Source: an uncultured Clostridia bacterium (GTDB lineage Bacteria > Bacillota > Clostridia > Lachnospirales > Cellulosilyticaceae). Taken from it: a stretch of 24,000 bases of DNA. The stretch covers positions 1,126 through 25,125 of the forward strand of contig CALJNR010000005.1 of assembly GCA_937981575.1 (NCBI GenBank), read 5' to 3'. Position numbers and translations under genes: made by a program. The notes below the pieces were generated by a model. The model was given only the letters and a program-made list of their open reading frames with translations. It was not told the DNA's origin and did no database searches. Shown here piece after piece: positions 9,381 to 15,226 of this stretch (positions within the stretch are counted from its first letter, which is position 1; the number at the start of each line of letters is the position of its first letter).

Positions 9381-10136
9381 ATGTTTACATTTAAAAGAAA
9401 TCAAATTATTATTACAGTACTTGTTTTTATGATTGCTATTGCAGCCTATCTTAACACAAAAGATAACGAAGCTGGGGTATCACCCAATTTAGTACAAAGT
9501 GGTCAAATAACACAGGAAGAGATTGCAGAAGAAAAAGACTTTTTTGAAGGCTATGATGAAATTGAAACACTTCCTCCAGACATGGATGAAGAAATGTTTG
9601 AAGCGATGAGCACTGAAGCTGAAAACAAAACTGATGCAGCAGCTGCAGCAAACAGCTTTAAACCTGAAAAGATTGAAGCCGTTATTACTAAAAAAGATGC
9701 AGTGATAGCAAATAGTAAAGAACTTCAAAAAAGTGATACAGCATCTGCTCAAAAGAATATAGATGTAAGCTATTTTGTAGAAGAAAAGATGATGAGAGAA
9801 CAAAGCAGAGCCCTTCAGGTTGAAGAACTTACTCAATATGTAGCCAATGAAAACCTTGATAAAGAAGCAAAGGCTAAAGCGGCAGAAAATCTGCTCGCTA
9901 TTCAGGAACGTATCGAAAAAGAAAGCAGTGCAGAAGCACTTTTAAGAGCTAAAGGCTTTAGAGAAGTCTATGTAAGAATAGATGATAATAGTGTAGATGT
10001 AGTCATTAATAAAGAGAATTTAACAGAATCTGATATTGCTCAGATTGAAGAGATTGTAAATAGAAAAACAGGTTACAGCGTAGGCAAGATTAAAATTACG
10101 CCGCTAAAAGGCATATCAAAAGAAAGCAATAATTAA
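9381..10136 (+). CDS. spoIIIAH: Stage III sporulation protein AH
   Basis: 251 aa with an N-terminal TM helix, an acidic low-complexity linker, and a C-terminal domain (...GFREVYVRIDDNSVDVVINKENL...). Last gene of the operon, followed by a terminator. Confidence 0.88.
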   Translation: MFTFKRNQIIITVLVFMIAIAAYLNTKDNEAGVSPNLVQSGQITQEEIAEEKDFFEGYDEIETLPPDMDEEMFEAMSTEAENKTDAAAAANSFKPEKIEAVITKKDAVIANSKELQKSDTASAQKNIDVSYFVEEKMMREQSRALQVEELTQYVANENLDKEAKAKAAENLLAIQERIEKESSAEALLRAKGFREVYVRIDDNSVDVVINKENLTESDIAQIEEIVNRKTGYSVGKIKITPLKGISKESNN

Positions 10137-10145
10137 TTCTGCATT

Positions 10146-10174
10146 TAGGCTGACAGCAAAAGTCAGCCTTTTTT
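10146..10174 (+). terminator. Rho-independent terminator of the spoIIIA operon
   Basis: Stem AGGCTGAC (10146-10153) / GTCAGCCT (10161-10168), loop AGCAAAA, then a T-run to 10174. Confidence 0.85.
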
Positions 10175-10187
10175 TCAAAGAATAAAT

Positions 10188-10216
10188 TTGCATGCCTTCT
10201 ATTTTTTGTATATAAT
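10188..10216 (+). promoter_or_regulatory. Candidate sigma-A promoter for the Asp23-family / nusB / xseAB / ispA unit
   Basis: TTGCAT (10188-10193), 17-nt spacer, TATAAT (10211-10216), about 40 nt upstream of the Asp23-family start. Confidence 0.5.
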
Positions 10217-10255
10217 AAGAGAATAGGATAAAGATATGTGTAGGAGGTATTTGAT

Positions 10256-10636
10256 ATGGATGAGCAAAAAAACGCAGCATATGAGGCTGCTCATGAAATG
10301 GATCAAGTTCAGATCGCTGATGACGTTATTGCGGTAATCGCTGAGATAGCAACTTTAGAAGTAGAGGGCATGGTTAGTACAGTGCAGGCAAGAAATGATT
10401 TTGTTCAAGCCATTAGTCGCAAAAAAGGTCCTAAAGGCGTAAAAGTTGAAGTAGGTGAAGGCGAGGTTTTAATAGATATTACGGCTACAGTAAAATATGG
10501 GGTTAAAATTCCAAAAGTATGTTTAGAAGTTCAGGAAAAGGTAAAGAATTCAGTTGAAACCATGACAGGATTACATGTAGCTTCTGTTAACATACATGTA
10601 GCGGGAGTCTTTTTTGATAAAGAAAAAGAAGCCTAA
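10256..10636 (+). CDS. Asp23/Gls24-family alkaline shock protein (YqhY-like)
   Basis: 126 aa. The segment IADDVIAVIAEIATLEVEGM is typical of the Asp23 family. The position immediately upstream of nusB matches yqhY in Bacillus. Confidence 0.85.
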   Translation: MDEQKNAAYEAAHEMDQVQIADDVIAVIAEIATLEVEGMVSTVQARNDFVQAISRKKGPKGVKVEVGEGEVLIDITATVKYGVKIPKVCLEVQEKVKNSVETMTGLHVASVNIHVAGVFFDKEKEA

Positions 10637-10706
10637 GAAATAGTGCGATATAAGCTAACCCTAATAGCTAAGCGTTGGGGTTAGCTTACTTAATAAGGAG
10701 GAAAAA

Positions 10707-11129
10707 ATGACAAGACGTAATGCAAGGGAACTGATTATGCAGATGCTTTATGAGTATACCTTTCACAATAAAGAAGATGGGATGAGCCTCATGCGGGAAA
10801 AAATAGACAAGCTTCGCAAAGAGGATGATGGATCTAATAAAGCAATACTCAAATTTGTTGAAGAGGAGTACTGTGGTATTTTGGAACATCTAGATGAGAT
10901 TGATGAACTGATCGAAAAAAGCGCTGCCAATTGGTCAGTAAGCCGAATTGCAAAAGTTGATTTAGGCATCCTTAGATTTGCAGTCTATGAGCTTAAGTGG
11001 CAAGATGATATTCCAAATAAAGTCGTTGTTAATGAGGCACTGGAAATCGCAAAGGCTTACAGTACAGATAAGTCTCCTAAATTCATTAACGGTGTACTGG
11101 GAAATGTAATAAAGCTTATTGAGGCTTAG
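10707..11129 (+). CDS. nusB: Transcription antitermination factor NusB
   Basis: 140 aa with N-terminal RRNARELIMQMLYE and C-terminal KFINGVLGN motifs. RBS AAGGAGG upstream. Confidence 0.93.
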   Translation: MTRRNARELIMQMLYEYTFHNKEDGMSLMREKIDKLRKEDDGSNKAILKFVEEEYCGILEHLDEIDELIEKSAANWSVSRIAKVDLGILRFAVYELKWQDDIPNKVVVNEALEIAKAYSTDKSPKFINGVLGNVIKLIEA

Positions 11130-11131
11130 GG

Positions 11132-12364
11132 ATGAAAAGAAAAATAATATCCATTACGCAGTTAAACAGCTACGTTGCAAGACTTATGGAAGAAGACTAT
11201 ATGTTAAGTGATTTGTGGGTTTCAGGTGAAATTTCAAACTGCAAATATCATCATTCAGGACATATTTATTTTACCATTAAAGATGAAGCTGCCAGTATTC
11301 AGGCAGTGATGTTTATGCGCGATGCTTCAAAAATTGCTTTCAGGCTGGCAGACGGCATTAAAGTTTATGCCAGAGTCAGAGTGAGTTTGTATGAAAAAAC
11401 AGGAAGTTATCAGGCTTATGTCCAAGACATCGAAAAGCAGGGAAAGGGTCTTTTGTATGAAAGATTTGAACAACTGAAGGCTAAACTTTTAGCAGAGGGA
11501 TTATTTGATGCGCAGTATAAAAAGAAGCTTCCAGCTTTTCCAGAAAGGGTGGGGGTTATTACATCTGCTACAGGGGCAGTTGTGAAAGATATTATTAAAG
11601 TCGCAAGGAGAAGAAATGCAGGCATTCCGCTGTATATTTATCCGGTACATGTTCAAGGGGAATTTGCCGTCAAAGAAATTACAGAGGCTATTGGTAAGGC
11701 CAACAAGGATAAACTTGTTGATGTGCTTATACTTGGACGGGGCGGCGGAACTATTGAAGACCTATGGGCCTTTAATGAGGAAACGGTAGCAAGAGCTGTT
11801 TTTGAATCTAAGATTCCTATTGTTTCAGCAATAGGACATGAAACAGACTTTACCATTGCAGACTTTGTCAGCGATCAAAGAGCGGCCACGCCGTCAGCTG
11901 CAGCAGAAATTGTTATTCCTGACCGCAAAGAACTGGAAGAAACCATCAGGCGTTATAGAAGCACGCTGATCTATATTGCAGAGCAGAATATCAGACAGGC
12001 TAAAGACAGATTGGAGTATTTAACAAGCCGACCGGTTTTTAGAATTAAGGACAAGCTTTATAAAGATAAAATGCAGCAGACTGATTTATTGATGCAGGCA
12101 TTAAATTCAGCTTATAAGCGTATACTAACAAATGTCTTTAATCGTTACGAAATAACAGTAAGCAAACTTCATAAGCTGTCACCTGTTGCAACCCTTAGCA
12201 GAGGCTATAGTTTTGTAACAAACAGCAGTCAAAATGTTGTTAAATCAATTTCAGATATTAAGAAGGATGAAGTGCTTGATATTACAGTAACAGATGGCAG
12301 GGTTAAGGTTCAAGTGCTGGATAAGGAGAGTAAGTATGGCCAAAAAGGTTCAGAAGAGTTTTGA
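11132..12364 (+). CDS. xseA: Exodeoxyribonuclease VII large subunit
   Basis: N-terminal OB-fold region and the catalytic-domain motif GRGGGTIEDLWAFNEE; 410 aa. Confidence 0.95.
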   Translation: MKRKIISITQLNSYVARLMEEDYMLSDLWVSGEISNCKYHHSGHIYFTIKDEAASIQAVMFMRDASKIAFRLADGIKVYARVRVSLYEKTGSYQAYVQDIEKQGKGLLYERFEQLKAKLLAEGLFDAQYKKKLPAFPERVGVITSATGAVVKDIIKVARRRNAGIPLYIYPVHVQGEFAVKEITEAIGKANKDKLVDVLILGRGGGTIEDLWAFNEETVARAVFESKIPIVSAIGHETDFTIADFVSDQRAATPSAAAEIVIPDRKELEETIRRYRSTLIYIAEQNIRQAKDRLEYLTSRPVFRIKDKLYKDKMQQTDLLMQALNSAYKRILTNVFNRYEITVSKLHKLSPVATLSRGYSFVTNSSQNVVKSISDIKKDEVLDITVTDGRVKVQVLDKESKYGQKGSEEF

Positions 12365-12563
12365 AGGAGCAATTGAGGAGCTCGAAAAGATTGTAACGGA
12401 TTTAGAAGAGGGGGATATTTCGCTTGAAGACAGTATCAAAAGCTATAAGCAAGGTATCGATCTTGCAGCTTACTGCCTGTCCATTTTGAAAAAAGCAGAA
12501 CAAGAGATTTATGTTTATGAAGAAGAATCCTACAAAAAAGCAGAAGGAGACGACTGGGAGTGA
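12336..12563 (+). CDS. xseB: Exodeoxyribonuclease VII small subunit
   Basis: ATG 12336 follows AAGGAGAG. The product MAKKVQKSFEGAIEELEKIVTDLEEGDISLEDSI... is a typical XseB. It overlaps the xseA 3' end by 29 nt; the 14 codons upstream in the ORF track are probably not translated. Confidence 0.9.
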   Translation: MAKKVQKSFEGAIEELEKIVTDLEEGDISLEDSIKSYKQGIDLAAYCLSILKKAEQEIYVYEEESYKKAEGDDWE

Positions 12564-13435
12564 AAGCAGATATAAAAAAATACCAGGACTTAATCAACGC
12601 TCGCCTGGAAACTGCACTGCCCATACAGCCAGGTTATTTTAAGACATTGTATGAGGCTATGAATTACAGCCTGCGGGCAGGAGGGAAACGAATTAGGCCT
12701 ATTCTTATGCAGCTTGCTTATGAAGCAGTTGGAGGAAGTGAGGATATTTCAGCTTACTTATGTGCTATTGAGATGGTTCATACGTATTCCCTGATTCACG
12801 ATGATCTTCCATCTATGGACAATGACGACCTTCGAAGAGGCAAACCTACAAATCATATGGTTTTTGGTGAAGCAGCAGCCATTTTGGCGGGGGACGGTCT
12901 TTTAAACCAGGCTTTTGAAAGTATGCTTGAGGATGCTATGAAACATGGGGGAATCGAACGGGTTCATGCTGCATACATATTAGCTAGAGCAGGAGGCATA
13001 AAAGGCATGATAGCTGGGCAAATTCTAGATATTGAAAGTGAAAATAAAACAATCAGCCTCCAAGCACTGGAAACGATCCATCTGCATAAAACCGGTGCGC
13101 TTATTAAGGCTGCACTTAAAATGGGAAGTGTATTAGGACGAGGAACGCCAAATGAGGTGCATGCTTTAGAAACATACGGAGAACATATCGGCAAAGTATT
13201 TCAGATTATAGATGATGTTTTGGATGAAGTCTCTACAGATCAGGAACTTGGCAAGCGCATAAAGAGTGATCAGAAAAACAAAAAAAACACCTATCTTAGT
13301 TTTTATACGGTAGACGAGTGTTATCAAATAGCTAAAGAACTTACGGATAAAGCGCTCAGTGCATTAGTCATGTTAAAGGGTGATACCGCCCTGCTTAGGG
13401 GCATTGCCGTTGATCTTATAAATCGCAGAAGCTAA
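12560..13435 (+). CDS. ispA: (2E,6E)-farnesyl/geranyl diphosphate synthase (polyprenyl synthetase family)
   Basis: First Asp-rich motif LIHDDLPSMDNDDLRRG and second motif QIIDDVLD. The GTG start overlaps the xseB stop (GTGA). Confidence 0.93.
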   Translation: MKADIKKYQDLINARLETALPIQPGYFKTLYEAMNYSLRAGGKRIRPILMQLAYEAVGGSEDISAYLCAIEMVHTYSLIHDDLPSMDNDDLRRGKPTNHMVFGEAAAILAGDGLLNQAFESMLEDAMKHGGIERVHAAYILARAGGIKGMIAGQILDIESENKTISLQALETIHLHKTGALIKAALKMGSVLGRGTPNEVHALETYGEHIGKVFQIIDDVLDEVSTDQELGKRIKSDQKNKKNTYLSFYTVDECYQIAKELTDKALSALVMLKGDTALLRGIAVDLINRRS

Positions 13436-13446
13436 AGGGGGATACC

Positions 13447-13896
13447 ATGAATTACATTAAGCAGCTTTCAAACAATCATATTTTATGGGTAGCTATTTTC
13501 AGCTGGTTTATAGCACAATTTTTAAAAGTGATTGTTACGCTCTTTTATGAGCATAAACTCGACTTAAAAAAATTTTTTGCCTCAGGAGGCATGCCAAGTT
13601 CGCATAGTTCGTTTGTTACGGCCCTGGCTATTGGGATAGGACAGGTATATGGATATGATAATGTTTTGTTTGCCATAGCTGCAGTTTTTAGTTTTATTGT
13701 TATGTACGATGCGGCCAACGTAAGACTCCATGCGGGCAAACAAGCAGCTAGAATCAACCAGATTATTGCTGTATTAGAAGATCCTACGCTTAATCCGGAA
13801 GAAAGACTAAAAGAAATATTAGGACATACACCCTTTCAGGTTATGGCTGGAGGGATACTTGGCATACTCATAGCGTTCATTTTTTTTGCAGGGTAA
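13447..13896 (+). CDS. Divergent PAP2-family membrane protein (YuiD-like, acid phosphatase/vanadium haloperoxidase-related)
   Basis: 149-aa polytopic protein with GGMPSSHSS and YDAANVRLHAG motifs, which I recognise as the divergent PAP2 family. RBS AGGGGGA upstream. Confidence 0.8.
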   Translation: MNYIKQLSNNHILWVAIFSWFIAQFLKVIVTLFYEHKLDLKKFFASGGMPSSHSSFVTALAIGIGQVYGYDNVLFAIAAVFSFIVMYDAANVRLHAGKQAARINQIIAVLEDPTLNPEERLKEILGHTPFQVMAGGILGILIAFIFFAG

Positions 13897-13901
13897 TACA
13901 G

Positions 13902-13930
13902 TTGAAAAAGCAAGACTTAACTGCTATAAT
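13902..13930 (+). promoter_or_regulatory. Near-consensus sigma-A promoter with extended -10, driving the large ncRNA and the membrane-protein gene
   Basis: TTGAAA (13902-13907), 17-nt spacer ending in TGc (13922-13924), TATAAT (13925-13930). The predicted TSS is near 13937, a few nt before the RNA's terminal helix. Confidence 0.6.
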
Positions 13931-13936
13931 GTGTTA

Positions 13937-14572
13937 AAAGCGACTTATGACGTGCTTTTCAAAAAGTAAGATGCAGTATTCTAGTCAAGATATTATGTTT
14001 TGAAGACGGGCCTAAAAATCCGTTTTAGGGCATATCGATGAAGTTCCTGGTGTTGGCTTGTAACGCCCCGTTATGGGCTGATACTGGGGGTTAAGGTTTA
14101 AGGGCGATCCATAAGGGCATATGGGCGTTGACCCTTTTACCGTGGAGACCTATGATTGTGCTTATTCCTATGGGAATAATGTATGACTTAGGATTAAACC
14201 TACCATGCGGTATAGGCTGTGGGTAGTGTAGCCTGCCTTGAGTGAAGGCGGGGGGACATCAATTTACTGATAAGTTTTTCGGCCAAAAAACCTGTCGGAT
14301 TGTTGATAGAAACCTGATTCGCAAAAGAGGATAGGAGCATAATATATTGCCCGAGGAAAACTCCTAGACTGTTCAGTTTGAGATAGAATATGGATTACAG
14401 TGTGGCTAAAGGCGATCTGGCGTAGATGATGGTAACACATCTAAAACAGAGTTAAAGGGAAACCGCTCTTTTGGCGACAAAAGGGTCTATGTTTGGGAAA
14501 ACCTGCTAGACTATATACCACAAAATTTACGTATTCTATTGTCTTAATTTTTGAAAAGCGGGTGATAAGTCG
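13937..14572 (+). ncRNA. ole: Large structured noncoding RNA, candidate OLE (ornate, large, extremophilic) RNA
   Basis: The 703-bp gap has no ORF of 60 aa or more on either strand. It has its own promoter and many local hairpins. A 25-nt terminal helix pairs 13941-13965 with 14548-14572. The length (~630 nt) and the ispA-RNA-membrane protein-dxs context match the published OLE locus as I recall it. Not verified against the OLE consensus. Confidence 0.7.
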
Positions 14573-14599
14573 ATCACAAAGGAGTAATGATAAGTCATT

Positions 14600-15163
14600 A
14601 TGCATAAAAGAGTGAAGTTTAAAAAAGTTAAGATAAGAAAACAGTCTATAAGAACTTTAAGTATCATTATTTTGACCACTTTTTTTATTGCAATGATGTT
14701 CAGTTACATTTTCGAAGTACTTTTGGGAGATGTTCCGCTGCTTGCAGCGTTTTTTATGCTGATTGTTATTATACTTATAGGCATATTGTTTGACGGTATT
14801 GGTAATGCAGTTGTTTCAGCAGATGAAACGACCTTTCATTCTATGGCTGCTCAAAAAGTAAAAGGAGCTAAGGAAAGCATTATGCTTATTAGAAATGCAC
14901 CTATGGTTGCGAATTTATTTAATGATGTAATAGGGGATATAGCAGGGATTATATCAGGAAGTACAGCTGCTGCTATTATATTAGCACTTAATCCTAAAAC
15001 AGTACTTTTTTCGATTGTAATGAGCGGGTTTGTTGCAGCACTTACAGTCGGAGGAAAAGCTATAGGCAAAGGATTTGCAATTGAGAGGTCACGCTACATT
15101 GTTTATTATGTAGGAGTTTTTATCTATTACATGAAACGATTATTACGGAAAAATAAAAACTAA
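14600..15163 (+). CDS. oapA: Small polytopic membrane protein, candidate OLE-associated protein A
   Basis: 187 aa with a basic N-terminus (MHKRVKFKKVKIRKQ) and at least four hydrophobic helices. The conserved-looking DxxxD (NDVIGD, D109/D113, nt 14924-14938) lies at the start of a glycine-rich helix. The gene is immediately downstream of the structured RNA and upstream of dxs, as described for oapA. Confidence 0.7.
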   Translation: MHKRVKFKKVKIRKQSIRTLSIIILTTFFIAMMFSYIFEVLLGDVPLLAAFFMLIVIILIGILFDGIGNAVVSADETTFHSMAAQKVKGAKESIMLIRNAPMVANLFNDVIGDIAGIISGSTAAAIILALNPKTVLFSIVMSGFVAALTVGGKAIGKGFAIERSRYIVYYVGVFIYYMKRLLRKNKN

Positions 15164-15164
15164 G

Positions 15165-15194
15165 ATGACAATCCCTTATGATTGTCATTTTTTA
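15165..15194 (+). terminator. Rho-independent terminator after the membrane-protein gene
   Basis: 9-bp stem ATGACAATC (15165-15173) / GATTGTCAT (15180-15188), loop CCTTAT, then TTTTTT at 15189-15194. Confidence 0.85.
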
Positions 15195-15226
15195 AATCAG
15201 TAGATTTTGCAGAAAGAGGAACTTAT

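Noticed and set aside
12294-12335. Longer xseB ORF starting at 12294.
   Set aside because: The extra 14 codons lie inside xseA with no RBS. ATG 12336 has AAGGAGAG upstream and gives the typical XseB N-terminus.
14465-14473. GCTCTTTTG resembles a NusB/NusE boxA element (GCTCTTTA...).
   Set aside because: It forms the 5' arm of a well-paired GNRA hairpin and lacks the rest of the boxA consensus. The resemblance is probably coincidental.
13941-14572. The 25-nt imperfect inverted repeats at both ends of the noncoding segment could be terminal inverted repeats of a MITE-like mobile element.
   Set aside because: There is no flanking direct target-site duplication and no transposase remnant. The interior is full of independent hairpins, and a dedicated promoter sits just outside the left arm. 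The locus context matches a known RNA gene family. RNA closing helix is the better reading, though a genome-wide copy-number check would settle it.
13897-14599. Alternative identities for the large noncoding region: RNase P RNA, tmRNA, 6S RNA, T-box or riboswitch leader, group I/II intron.
   Set aside because: I found no RNase P GAGGAAAGTCC-type motif; only GAGGAAAACTCC is present, in a different context. There is no tRNA-like end or tag reading frame for tmRNA. The region is far too long for 6S RNA, a T-box or a riboswitch. No intron-encoded ORF or group II domain V-like motif was recognised.
14587-14607. A tiny ORF (ATG 14587, MISHYA, stop TAA at 14605-14607) upstream of and overlapping the membrane-protein start.
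   Set aside because: It has only six codons, and its ATG is 2 nt from the GGAG, which is too close for initiation. It is more likely a by-product of the hairpin sequence.
15182-15226. Longer dxs ORF starting at TTG 15182.
   Set aside because: This start lies inside the 3' arm of the upstream terminator hairpin. ATG 15227 has a well-spaced GAGGA and gives the conserved Dxs N-terminus.
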